From Vicinamibacteria bacterium (GTDB taxonomy: Bacteria; Acidobacteriota; Vicinamibacteria; Marinacidobacterales; Marinacidobacteraceae), in contig OZ241322.1 of NCBI GenBank assembly GCA_965199715.1, positions 1,504,001 to 1,568,000 of the forward strand: a DNA stretch of 64,000 nt, written 5' to 3'. Below the pieces are notes generated by a model. The model saw only the letters and a program-made list of their open reading frames with translations. It did no database searches and was not told the origin of the DNA. The position numbers were made by a program, and so were the translations under genes. Below are positions 1 through 8,923 of the stretch, piece after piece. Numbering within the stretch: position 1 is the stretch's first letter; each line of letters starts with the position of its first letter.

Positions 1-1
1 G

Positions 2-487
2 CGGCGACTCCGGGACGGGAGCCAGCGCGCCCGTCACGACCACGCCGGCCCCGGCTGGAACAGCCGCCTCGACGAACTTCAGGCCGCCGTCCTCGAAGCG
101 CGGCTGCCGGGACTCGAACGAGCGAACGCGCGGCGCCGGGAGCTCCTCGAGCGCTACCGGGAGGGACTCGCCGGCCTTCCGGTTCGTGTCGTCAGGGCCG
201 GAACGCACGCGCGAAGCGCCGCGCACCTCGCCGTGCTCCGGGCGCGCCGGCGCGACGAGCTGCGGGCGTTCCTCGCCGAGGGCGGCGTGGAGACGCTCGT
301 CCACTACCCGATCCCGCTGGACCGCCAGGCCGCCTTCGCCGGGGACTCGCCGCCGTGTCTCGAGGCGGCGCGGGCGGCTCGCGAAGCGCTCAGCCTGCCG
401 CTGCGGCCCGACCTCGAGGATCGGGAGGCGGACGCGGTGGTTCGGCTGGTCCGGCGCTTCTTCGACCGCGCGGCGGCGCCAGAATAG
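2..487 (+). CDS. DegT/DnrJ/EryC1/StrS family PLP aminotransferase, C-terminal part (5' truncated by window edge)
   Basis: Frame reads GWNSRLDELQAAVL...GVETLVHYPIPL...ALSLPLRPDL, typical of the family C-terminus; TAG at 485-487. Confidence 0.85.
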   Translation, partial: RRLRDGSQRARHDHAGPGWNSRLDELQAAVLEARLPGLERANARRRELLERYREGLAGLPVRVVRAGTHARSAAHLAVLRARRRDELRAFLAEGGVETLVHYPIPLDRQAAFAGDSPPCLEAARAAREALSLPLRPDLEDREADAVVRLVRRFFDRAAAPE

Positions 488-493
488 GCCGCC

Positions 494-1333
494 ATGAGCT
501 CCGTTCGCCGCCGCACCGGCTCGGTGCTCTGCCCCGGCTGTGGCCAGTTGGTGGGCGTGCGGGACGCCGAGTGCCTCAACTGTGGGCGCCGCAATCCCGG
601 CATGTTCGGCTTCGCCGGGGCGTTGCGCTTCGAGGCTGCGGCCCTCGCCAACGTCATCCTCGGGGCCAACATCGGGCTGTTCCTGGTCTCGCTGCTGCTG
701 AGCGTGGGCCAGATCGGCATGTCCGGGTTCTTTCGGATGCTGAGCCCTTCGGGTGACGTCCTGTTCAACCTCGGCGCCGCGGGGGCGCTCCCGGTATTCG
801 CGCTCGGCAAGCTGTGGACGGTGATGAGCGCCGGCTGGCTCCACGGCGGGCTCCTCCACATCCTGTTCAACATGTACTGGGTGCGGAACCTGATCCCGCC
901 GGTGAGCGACGCCTTCGGCGCGGCGCGGACGCTCGTGATTCACCAGGTCTCAGCCGCGACCGGATTCCTGCTCTCGTCGTTCATGGGGGTGGCCGCTCCA
1001 GGGCTTCCCATCCTCGGCGGCGCGCCGAGCATCACCGTGGGCGCCTCGGCCTCGCTGTGCGGCCTGCTCGGGGCGCTTCTCTACTACGGGCGCCGCACCA
1101 GTTCGGAGATGGCGCGGTCGGTCTGGCGGGTCGTGCTCTTCCTCGGCGTCTTCGGCGCGCTGATGCCCGGAATCGACAACGCCGCGCACCTCGGCGGTTT
1201 CCTCGGCGGTTATCTGGTAGCTTCCCGGTTTGGCGCGTTTTCTCCGGAACGGGGAAAGCACGCCGTCCAGGGAGCGGCGCTGCTCGCACTGAGCGCCGTT
1301 GCGATCCTCTTGTCTCTGGCTACATCGCGCTGA
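494..1333 (+). CDS. Rhomboid family intramembrane serine protease with N-terminal Zn-ribbon
   Basis: HGGLLHILFNM, VGASA (catalytic Ser), AHLGG (catalytic His); N-terminal CPGC...CLNC. Confidence 0.9.
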   Translation: MSSVRRRTGSVLCPGCGQLVGVRDAECLNCGRRNPGMFGFAGALRFEAAALANVILGANIGLFLVSLLLSVGQIGMSGFFRMLSPSGDVLFNLGAAGALPVFALGKLWTVMSAGWLHGGLLHILFNMYWVRNLIPPVSDAFGAARTLVIHQVSAATGFLLSSFMGVAAPGLPILGGAPSITVGASASLCGLLGALLYYGRRTSSEMARSVWRVVLFLGVFGALMPGIDNAAHLGGFLGGYLVASRFGAFSPERGKHAVQGAALLALSAVAILLSLATSR

Positions 1334-1344
1334 GGAGGGAGATC

Positions 1345-1533
1345 ATGCCGAAGTTCGTGAGATCGAAGAAGAATCGATGGCTGCTCGGCGTGTGCGCGGG
1401 ACTCGCCTCCTGGTGGCAGGTGGACCGAAGGCTGGTCCGGCTGCTGTTCGTGCTGGTCAGCGTCTGCTCCGCGGCGTTCCCCGGAGTCCTCGTGTACCTG
1501 ATCCTCGCCACCGTCATGCCTCCCGGGGAGTGA
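1345..1533 (+). CDS. PspC domain-containing protein
   Basis: MPKFVRSKKNRWLLGVCAGLA...VRLLFV...YLILATVMP; SD GGAGG upstream. Confidence 0.9.
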   Translation: MPKFVRSKKNRWLLGVCAGLASWWQVDRRLVRLLFVLVSVCSAAFPGVLVYLILATVMPPGE

Positions 1534-2234
1534 ACCCGCTGGAGGATCGCCTCCTCCACCCCGACGGGCGGCTCCTCGTCCGGCTCGAGCGCTCGGCGGG
1601 CCGCCGCGAGGAGCTCAAGGCGCTCGCTCGATGGTCCCGCGGAACCAATCGCGCCGTCGTCGCGCTTCCCGCCGAGGAACCGCTCTACGCCGATTTCCGG
1701 GCGCTCGGCTTCGAGGACGCCGGGCCGCTCGCCCGATTCGAGGCTCCGACCGCGCCGGGCCGGCTTCGCCGCGCGGCCCTCAAGCTGTTCAAGCCGTCGC
1801 TGCGGCCGCCGTCCGGCGCCGCAGTCTCGACCGAGCCGCTGGGTTCCCGAGAAGAATCTGCGCTGCGGGAGCGGCTCCGGCCCGGCTTCGGGGCGCTTCC
1901 GGCGCCCGGTCCGACGGATCCTGCGGGGGTGACGATTTCCATCGGCGGCGAGCCGGTCGCGTTCGCGCGCTTCGCGCCGGGGGAGGAAATCGTCCGCGAA
2001 TGGCTCGCGCCGGCCGACGCGCCGGACCTCGCGGGGCTTCTCGCGCTCGAGACGGCCCGCCGCGCGGGAGGGCGCCGGGTCGCGTTCGAGACCTCGCACG
2101 TCCGGCTCGGCCACGGGCTGGTCCTCGGCGGGTTCCTGCCGGCGCGGGCGCGGGCGCGCGTCCTCGTGCGGGGCGGCGAGCAGGCGGACGCGGCGACGTT
2201 TGGGCTGACGCGTCCCCTGGATGTGATGTGTTAA
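1530..2234 (+). CDS. Hypothetical protein, possibly divergent GNAT-like fold
   Basis: GTG overlaps upstream stop (GTGA); ...LYADFRALGFEDAG... weakly resembles a GNAT motif. Confidence 0.5.
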   Translation: MNPLEDRLLHPDGRLLVRLERSAGRREELKALARWSRGTNRAVVALPAEEPLYADFRALGFEDAGPLARFEAPTAPGRLRRAALKLFKPSLRPPSGAAVSTEPLGSREESALRERLRPGFGALPAPGPTDPAGVTISIGGEPVAFARFAPGEEIVREWLAPADAPDLAGLLALETARRAGGRRVAFETSHVRLGHGLVLGGFLPARARARVLVRGGEQADAATFGLTRPLDVMC

Positions 2235-2260
2235 ACTCCCGCGTTGCGACTTCGGTCGGG

Positions 2261-2335
2261 GCCGCTATCGTCTAGGGGTTAGGACGGGTGGTTCTCAGCC
2301 ATCAAACCGGGGTTCGAATCCCCGTAGCGGTACCA
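2261..2335 (+). tRNA. tRNA-Glu(CTC)
   Basis: Cloverleaf GCCGCTA...TAGCGGT-A-CCA; anticodon loop TT-CTC-AG; T-loop GTTCGAATC. Confidence 0.95.
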
Positions 2336-2355
2336 CCGACCCCGGGCTTCGCGTC

Positions 2356-2431
2356 GCGCCCTTAGCTCAGCGGATAGAGCAACAGGCTACGAACCTGTAG
2401 GTCGGGTGTTCGAATCGCCCAGGGCGCGCCA
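2356..2431 (+). tRNA. tRNA-Arg(ACG)
   Basis: GCGCCCT/AGGGCGC acceptor stem, anticodon arm ACAGG-CT-ACG-AA-CCTGT, encoded CCA. Confidence 0.95.
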
Positions 2432-2455
2432 TCCGCTGGCTATCATCGGTGCGCC

Positions 2456-4327
2456 ATGAGTCACCCAATTCCGCGCATCGCGCTCGCCGTCCTGCTGTTC
2501 GCCGCGGCTTCCGAAGCGCGAGGCCAGGACGAGACCCAGCCGCCCTCCCACCAGGAACGCGTCGTCGTGACGGCGGAGCGCGGCGAGGAGCCGATCGTGG
2601 ACTCGGTCGCGCTCGTGACCTCGCTCGATTCCGAGGACATCGCCGAATCGCCCGGCCTGCTGCTGGACGAGGCGCTCGGGCGCGTGCCCGGATTCGGCCT
2701 CTTCCGCCGCAACACCAGCCTGATCTCGCACCCGACGACCACCGGGGTCTCGCTGCGGGGGATCGGTCCGAGCGGCGCCAGCCGCACCCTCGTCCTTCGC
2801 GACGGAATTCCGGTGAACGACCCCTTCGGCAACTGGGTGTACTGGAACCGGCTGCCGACGCTGCTGCTGGACCGGGTCGAGGTCGCGCGCGGCGCGGCGA
2901 GTCCGCTGTACGGGAGCTCAGCGCTCGGCGGCGCGATCCAGTTGCTGACCCGCGACGCCGAGGCCTCGACGCTGCGGGGCCGGGCCGCGCTCGGCGGTCT
3001 CGGGGTCCGCGACGGCGAGGTTCTCGCTTCGCACCGGGTCGGCGACGTCGGGTTCATCGGCGCCACCCGGCTCTTCAACGGCGAGGGATACCACCGGATC
3101 CGCGAGGCCGAGCGCGGCGCGGTGGACCAGCCCGCCGGCGTGGACTTCCGTTCCGCCTACGGGCGCGTCGACGCCGGGGACGCGCACGTCGGCGTGAATT
3201 ACTACGCCGAGGACCGCCGCAACGGCACCCCGGTTCAGGTGAACGACTCGGGCATGCTCGCCTTCGACGCCGGCGTGCGGCGCGACGACTGGGAGCTGCT
3301 CGCGTTCACCCACTCCGCCCACCTGAACAGCGACTTCTCCCGCCTGCTCCCCGGCCGCGACGTCGAGATCCTCACCTCCCAGCAGTCCTACGAGTACGGC
3401 GGCCAGGGGGCGGTCTTCTCGGCGCGGATCGGGGAGGGCCGGCAGGTCGGAGCGGACTGGACCCGGTCGAGTTGGGACGACCACGCCCAGAACCGCGCCG
3501 GCCTCTTCGTCCAGCAACGCGCGGAACTGAACAGCCGCATCGAGCTGCTGGCCGACGGGCGGGTGGATCTGTGGCAGAACGCCGGCACCAGGGCGACCCT
3601 GAACCCGCGTCTCGCGATGGTCGCGCAGCCTACCGAGACCGCCTCGATCCGGGCGTCCGCCTATCGCGGCTTCCGGGCGCCGTCGCTGAACGAGCTGTAC
3701 CGGCCCTTCCGGGTGGGCAACGTGCGGGTCGCCGCCAACGACGAGCTCGGCGAGGAGACCCTCTACGGGGCCGAGGGCGGGTTCGACTTCTACCCGGCTC
3801 GTTCGCTCCTGATCCGCGGAAACGTCTTCTGGAACACGATGCGCGACGTCGTCGGGAACGTCACGCTCGAGGTGAACGACCAGGGCGTGTTCCGCCAGCG
3901 TCAGAACATCGGCGAGGCCGATGTCCGGGGCGCCGAAGCGGAGATATGGGTCCAGATCGACGACCGCACCGAGCTGTTCGGCTCGTGGCTCGTGTCCAGC
4001 AGTACGGTCGCCGAGACCGGCCTCCGGCTGCCGCAGGTTCCGCTGCACCAGGGGGTCGTGGGGATCCGCTGGGACGGCCCGGTGTTCGTCCGCGCCGATG
4101 TCCGCTTCATGGGCGAACAGTTCGAGGATGACCGCAACGAGCTTCCGATGGACGGGTTCGCCTCGGTCGGGGTGCGGGCGTCGGTTCCGTTCGGCGACGT
4201 GGTGAGCCTCTACGTGGCCGGCGAGAACCTGCTCGACGCCGAGATCGTCACCGCCCGCACGCCGATCGAGACGCTGGGCACGCCCCGGGCGGTGCACGTG
4301 GGCCTCGACTTCCGGCTGGATCCATGA
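2456..4327 (+). CDS. TonB-dependent receptor
   Basis: Signal peptide, TonB-box-like ERVVVTA, plug motifs (LVLRDGIP, RVEVARGAASPLYGSSALGGAIQL), FRAPSLNELY, ENLLD. Confidence 0.9.
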   Translation: MSHPIPRIALAVLLFAAASEARGQDETQPPSHQERVVVTAERGEEPIVDSVALVTSLDSEDIAESPGLLLDEALGRVPGFGLFRRNTSLISHPTTTGVSLRGIGPSGASRTLVLRDGIPVNDPFGNWVYWNRLPTLLLDRVEVARGAASPLYGSSALGGAIQLLTRDAEASTLRGRAALGGLGVRDGEVLASHRVGDVGFIGATRLFNGEGYHRIREAERGAVDQPAGVDFRSAYGRVDAGDAHVGVNYYAEDRRNGTPVQVNDSGMLAFDAGVRRDDWELLAFTHSAHLNSDFSRLLPGRDVEILTSQQSYEYGGQGAVFSARIGEGRQVGADWTRSSWDDHAQNRAGLFVQQRAELNSRIELLADGRVDLWQNAGTRATLNPRLAMVAQPTETASIRASAYRGFRAPSLNELYRPFRVGNVRVAANDELGEETLYGAEGGFDFYPARSLLIRGNVFWNTMRDVVGNVTLEVNDQGVFRQRQNIGEADVRGAEAEIWVQIDDRTELFGSWLVSSSTVAETGLRLPQVPLHQGVVGIRWDGPVFVRADVRFMGEQFEDDRNELPMDGFASVGVRASVPFGDVVSLYVAGENLLDAEIVTARTPIETLGTPRAVHVGLDFRLDP

Positions 4328-6432
4328 AGCGGCTCGCGTTCCTCGCCGCCCTGCTCGGGTGCGGCGCTCCGCCGGAAGAGGCTGTAAACCCCTACGAGGA
4401 CCGATCCGGCTGGCCGGTCCAGGAACTGCGCCATGAGGCGTTCGACGTGCTCCACTACCGGGTGGAGCTGGATCTCCGGGAGGAGACGAAGAGCCTCGAC
4501 GGCCGCGCCTCGATCCTGCTTCGGGCGCGGGAAGCCATCGACGCGCTCGCGCTCGACGCCGAGTCGTTCGAGGTGACCGGGGTCCGCTCCGGCGAAACCG
4601 ACCTCGACTTCGTCTACGCGGACGGCGTCCTCGAAGTCGCCCTCGCCGAAACCCTGGAGGCGGAAGCCGAGCTCACGCTCGACGTGGCCTACGCGGCCAC
4701 GGGCATGGACGTGGACGCGACCCGCTTCGGGATGCCCGCGAGCTACGACCTCGGTCTCGACTTCAAGGCGGAGACCGACGCGAACCCCGGACTCGTGAAC
4801 ACGCTCTCGTTTCCCGAGGGCGCCCGCCACTGGTACCCGTCGGTGGACCACCCCGCCGACCGCGCCACCTTCGAGCTGCTGGCCACCGTCCGCGAGGACT
4901 GGAAGGTGCTCTCGAACGGCCTTCTCGTGGAGATCCGTCCCGGGGCCCGCCCGGGAACCCGCACCCACCACTGGCGGCTCGACGACCCGCATCCGACCTA
5001 CCTGTCGGTGCTCGCCGCCGGCCCCTACGAGGTGATCGAGGACGCGCTCGGGGACGTCCCGGTCAACTACTGGGTCTATCCGAAGGACGTGGAGGACGCG
5101 GACCGCAGCTTCCACAAGACCCCGGCGATGATGGCGTTCTTCGGCGAGGAGTTCGGGGTCCCGTACCCGTGGAACAAGTACGACCAAGTGACGATCCCCG
5201 GCATCGGGGGCGGCGCCGAGAGCACGACGGCCACGGTGCTCGGCCAGAGCACGATCCACGACGAGCGCGCCGAGCAGGACTTCCCGAGCCACGGCCTCGT
5301 GGCCCACGAGGCCGCCCACCACTGGTGGGGCAACCTCGTTTCCTACCGCGACTGGGGCGAGACCTGGCTCAGCGAGAGCTTCGCGACGTGGTCCGAGTAC
5401 CGCTGGCACGCCGAGGAGCTCGGGCCCGACGAGGCGGGCGAGAACATGCGCCGCAAGCGCGCGTCGTACCTGCGGCAGGCGCAGACGGTGCGACGCCCGG
5501 TCGTGAGCGACCGCTGGCGGCGCCCGAACGACAACTTCGACGCGCACACCTACCCGAAGGGGGCGGCGCTGATCCGCCTGCTCCGCCATGCGGTCGGCCC
5601 CGACGACTTCGACCGCGCCCTCCAGCACTTCCTCCAAAAGCACGCGTTCCAGCCGGTGGACACCGAGGACTTCATCGCCGCCTTCGCCGAGTCCGCCGGA
5701 GCCGACATCCGCTGGTTCGTGGACATGTGGCTGCGCAGTCCCGGCCACCCGGTGCTCGAAATCGAGTCCTCGTGGTCCGACGGCGAGCTGGAGCTGCGCA
5801 TCCGGCAGGTCCAGCGCCCCGAGGCGAGCATGGGCGAGGTTCCGTCGGCGTACCGGGCGCCGCTGTCGATCCGGGCGGGATCCGAGGTCCATTCGTTCTG
5901 GCTCGAGGGCCGGGAGCAGACGCTGCGCTTCCCGGTCGCCGAGGAGCCGCGCTTCGTCCGCTTCGACGCGGACGACGTGCTGTTGGCCGAGCTGCGGATC
6001 GACAAGTCCGAGGCGGAGTGGATCGCGCAGCTTCAAGACGACGACGCGGCCGGACGGCGGCGCGCGGCGGTCGCGCTCGAGGATCAGGACGCGCTGCGCG
6101 ACGCGGCGCTCGCCGATCCCTTCTGGGCGGTGCGCCAGGCCGCGGCGGCGGGTCTCGACCCGTCCGATCCGGCGCTCCTGCGGATCGCCCGGGACGACCC
6201 GAAGTCGGATGTGCGGACCGAGGCGCTGACCCGGCTCGGGGCGGGCGCCGGAGCGGAATTCCTCATCGAGCGCTTCCGCGCGGACACGAGCTACCGGGCG
6301 CAGGCGGCGGCCGTCGCCGCGCTCGGCGCGATCGGGGGCGAAGCGGTCCGGCCGGTCCTGGAGGAGGCCGCGGCGATGGTCTCGCCCCGGGACGTCGTGG
6401 CCCGCGCCGCCCGCGAGGCGCTTGGACGGTAA
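4324..6432 (+). CDS. M1 family aminopeptidase with C-terminal HEAT-like repeats (lipoprotein)
   Basis: Lipobox LLGC; GGAES exopeptidase-like motif; HEAAH...WLSE zinc motif; YPKGA. Confidence 0.9.
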   Translation: MKRLAFLAALLGCGAPPEEAVNPYEDRSGWPVQELRHEAFDVLHYRVELDLREETKSLDGRASILLRAREAIDALALDAESFEVTGVRSGETDLDFVYADGVLEVALAETLEAEAELTLDVAYAATGMDVDATRFGMPASYDLGLDFKAETDANPGLVNTLSFPEGARHWYPSVDHPADRATFELLATVREDWKVLSNGLLVEIRPGARPGTRTHHWRLDDPHPTYLSVLAAGPYEVIEDALGDVPVNYWVYPKDVEDADRSFHKTPAMMAFFGEEFGVPYPWNKYDQVTIPGIGGGAESTTATVLGQSTIHDERAEQDFPSHGLVAHEAAHHWWGNLVSYRDWGETWLSESFATWSEYRWHAEELGPDEAGENMRRKRASYLRQAQTVRRPVVSDRWRRPNDNFDAHTYPKGAALIRLLRHAVGPDDFDRALQHFLQKHAFQPVDTEDFIAAFAESAGADIRWFVDMWLRSPGHPVLEIESSWSDGELELRIRQVQRPEASMGEVPSAYRAPLSIRAGSEVHSFWLEGREQTLRFPVAEEPRFVRFDADDVLLAELRIDKSEAEWIAQLQDDDAAGRRRAAVALEDQDALRDAALADPFWAVRQAAAAGLDPSDPALLRIARDDPKSDVRTEALTRLGAGAGAEFLIERFRADTSYRAQAAAVAALGAIGGEAVRPVLEEAAAMVSPRDVVARAAREALGR

Positions 6433-7306
6433 GCGTCCCATCCTGCTGGCGCACGCCGGCGCGTGGGCGATCCCCGAGGACGAACGGGACGCGCACCTCG
6501 CCGGCGTCGCGGCCGCGCTCTCGGCCGGCTGGGCCGTTCTCGAAGCCGGGGGATCGGCGCTCGACGCGGTCGAGCGCGCCGTCGTCTCGCTCGAGGACGA
6601 TCCGGCGCTGAACGCGGGGGTCGGGGCCGTCCTTGACCGGGACGGGGCGGTCTCGCTGGACGCCGGGATCATGGATGGAGACACGCTGCGCGCCGGCGGG
6701 GTGGCGGGGGTTCGCACCGTGCGGAACCCGATCCGCGCGGCGCGGCGCGTGCTCGAGGAGACGCCCCACGTCCTGCTCGTGGGGGCCGGGGCGGAACGCT
6801 TCGCCGGCGACCCGATCGATCCTTCCGAATTGGTCGTCCAGCGGGAACGCGACCGCCTCGCCGGCCGGCCGGCGGACACCGTCGGGGCGCTCGCGCTGGA
6901 CGCGGACGGGCGGATCGCGGCCGCCGGCTCCACCGGGGGCACGGTCGGGAAGATCCCCGGCCGCGCCGGCGACACGCCGCAGGTAGGGGCCGGGTTCTAC
7001 GCCGACTCCGCGGTCGGCGGGGCGCTCGCCACCGGCTGGGGCGAGGGAGCGATCCGGATGGGCCTGTGCCGGGCGGCGATCTCCCGCCTCGAAATGGGCT
7101 CCGCGCCCCAGGCCGCCGCGGACGGGCTGCTCGGGCGCCTGCGGGAGCGGCTTCAGGGCCGCGCCGGGTTGCTGCTCCTCACTCCCGACGGCCGCCTCGC
7201 GGCGGCCCACACGACGCAGTTCCTCGCGTGGGGGTTCACCGACGGGGATCCGCCGCGGGCGTTTCTCGATTCGGGCCGATCTCGATCTCCGTCACGTGGA
7301 GGCTGA
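6422..7306 (+). CDS. Isoaspartyl peptidase/L-asparaginase (Ntn hydrolase)
   Basis: HAGAW, LEDDPALNAGVG, D-TVGA autoproteolysis site, STGG, GRAGD. Confidence 0.9.
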   Translation: MDGKRPILLAHAGAWAIPEDERDAHLAGVAAALSAGWAVLEAGGSALDAVERAVVSLEDDPALNAGVGAVLDRDGAVSLDAGIMDGDTLRAGGVAGVRTVRNPIRAARRVLEETPHVLLVGAGAERFAGDPIDPSELVVQRERDRLAGRPADTVGALALDADGRIAAAGSTGGTVGKIPGRAGDTPQVGAGFYADSAVGGALATGWGEGAIRMGLCRAAISRLEMGSAPQAAADGLLGRLRERLQGRAGLLLLTPDGRLAAAHTTQFLAWGFTDGDPPRAFLDSGRSRSPSRGG

Positions 7307-7853
7307 GGCCCGCCCCCGCCCGGATCCCGATCACGCCGTCGAGCGCTTCATCTCGTTCGGCGATTCGGACGCCGTTCAGCCAGTACGCGGCCCGGTCTCC
7401 GCGCACGCCCACCTCGAACTCGTTGCGCACCGGCCCGGAGTCGTCGGGGCCGACCGTGACCACCGCGTCGTGCGCCGTCCAGTCGCCGCCGGAGACGCGG
7501 AAGCGTCCGTCGTCGCGCAGCTCGAACAGGGCGTGTCCGACGTCCCCCTCCAGGTCGCTCCCGCCGAGGAACAGCCCGAACGGAGCGTCCAGCCGTGCGG
7601 ACCCGGACGCCTCGGGATCGCCCTCGGAGAACAGGAACACGGTGGCGCGCACCGAATAGTCGCCCGACGCGAAGCTGACCGGATCCCAGAAGAGCCCGCC
7701 GGGGTCGGCGAAGACGCGCCACCCCGGCCGCATCACGACGAAGCGTCGCTCCTCGCTCCCGCCGTCGTCGTAGCGGGCCTTCCAGTGCGCCGGGCGCTCG
7801 AGGTCGTGCCCGGACTGCGCGAGCGCGAGGATCAGGAAGAGGAGGAGCTTCAC
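7236..7853 (-). CDS. Hypothetical exported protein (beta-sandwich-like)
   Basis: GTG overlapping upstream stop; signal peptide KLLLFLILALAQ; coding-like composition. Confidence 0.6.
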   Translation of the reverse strand: MKLLLFLILALAQSGHDLERPAHWKARYDDGGSEERRFVVMRPGWRVFADPGGLFWDPVSFASGDYSVRATVFLFSEGDPEASGSARLDAPFGLFLGGSDLEGDVGHALFELRDDGRFRVSGGDWTAHDAVVTVGPDDSGPVRNEFEVGVRGDRAAYWLNGVRIAERDEALDGVIGIRAGAGLSLHVTEIEIGPNRETPAADPRR

Positions 7854-8923
7854 CCGCCGAAGATCTCGCCGAAGTAGCGCAGCCAGTTGCCGCCGAGAAT
7901 GCGAGCGATATCGACCTCGGACACGCCGCGCCGGTCGAGCGCGTGCGCGACGTTGCGGAAGCGCTCCGGCTCGTCCAGCCCCTCGATGAAAGGAGGCCAG
8001 CGGACCCGGTAGCTCGGCTTGAAGAAGCGCAGCCGCGGCTCGTACCAGTTCTCGCGGGTCGCCCACGAGCGCAGGCCGCGGATCGCGTGGTCGGTCGAGA
8101 CTCCCACGTGCTCGATCCCGCCGACGTCCACGGCGTGCAGGATGTGGTTCACGTAGTCGTCGAGCGACGCGTCCGGGTCCGGGCCGACGAAGTAGCCGAG
8201 GCTCGCAATCCCGGTGATCCCGCCCTTGTCGGACATCGCCTGGATCTGGGCGTCGGTCTTGGCCCGGGGGTGGTCGTTGTAGATCGCCTCGCAGAAGGTG
8301 TGGGTGAACGCCGGCGGCCGCATCGAGACTTCGATCCCGTCCATGGAGGTCTTCCGCCCGCAGTGCGACAGGTCCACGACGATCCCGAGCTCGTTCAGCC
8401 GGTGGACGACCTCGACCCCGAAGTCGGAGAGGCCGCCGTCCACCCGCTCGGTGCAGCCGCTGCCGAGCCGGTTCTGCGAGTTGTAGGTGAGCTGGACGCA
8501 GCGCGTGCCCAGTTCGTGGAGCGGGTCGAGGTTCCGCAGATCCCCCTCGAGCATCGTGGCGTTCTGGAAGCCGAAGACGACCGCCATCTTCCCCTCGGCC
8601 TTCGCCTGCTCGACGTGCGCGGCGCGAGTGGCGAGCAGCAGCCGGTCGGGGTTCTCGCGGATGCGCCGCCGCCACTCGGCGAGCGCCCGCATCGCAGTCG
8701 GGAAGTCGTTGCTCGGCAACGTGGTCTGGATGCCGGTGTAGCCGGACCGCTCGACCGCCTCGTACTCGACCTCGTCCCACTCGTGTCCGACCGCCAGTGC
8801 GTCGATGACCACCGAGCGGTCGTAGAGCGCGTCGATCGCCGGATTCCGCGGCGGCTCCTGGCCGAAGCTCCGGGAGAGCGCCAGCCACCCGGCGAGGCCG
8901 CCGAGGAACGTCCGGCGGGTCAC
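7850..8923 (-). CDS. Membrane dipeptidase (M19 family), Tat-exported
   Basis: TRRTFL Tat motif; QLTYN, LSDFG, VDLSHC, THT, HPRAKTD, GGNWLR. Confidence 0.88.
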   Translation of the reverse strand: MTRRTFLGGLAGWLALSRSFGQEPPRNPAIDALYDRSVVIDALAVGHEWDEVEYEAVERSGYTGIQTTLPSNDFPTAMRALAEWRRRIRENPDRLLLATRAAHVEQAKAEGKMAVVFGFQNATMLEGDLRNLDPLHELGTRCVQLTYNSQNRLGSGCTERVDGGLSDFGVEVVHRLNELGIVVDLSHCGRKTSMDGIEVSMRPPAFTHTFCEAIYNDHPRAKTDAQIQAMSDKGGITGIASLGYFVGPDPDASLDDYVNHILHAVDVGGIEHVGVSTDHAIRGLRSWATRENWYEPRLRFFKPSYRVRWPPFIEGLDEPERFRNVAHALDRRGVSEVDIARILGGNWLRYFGEIFGG

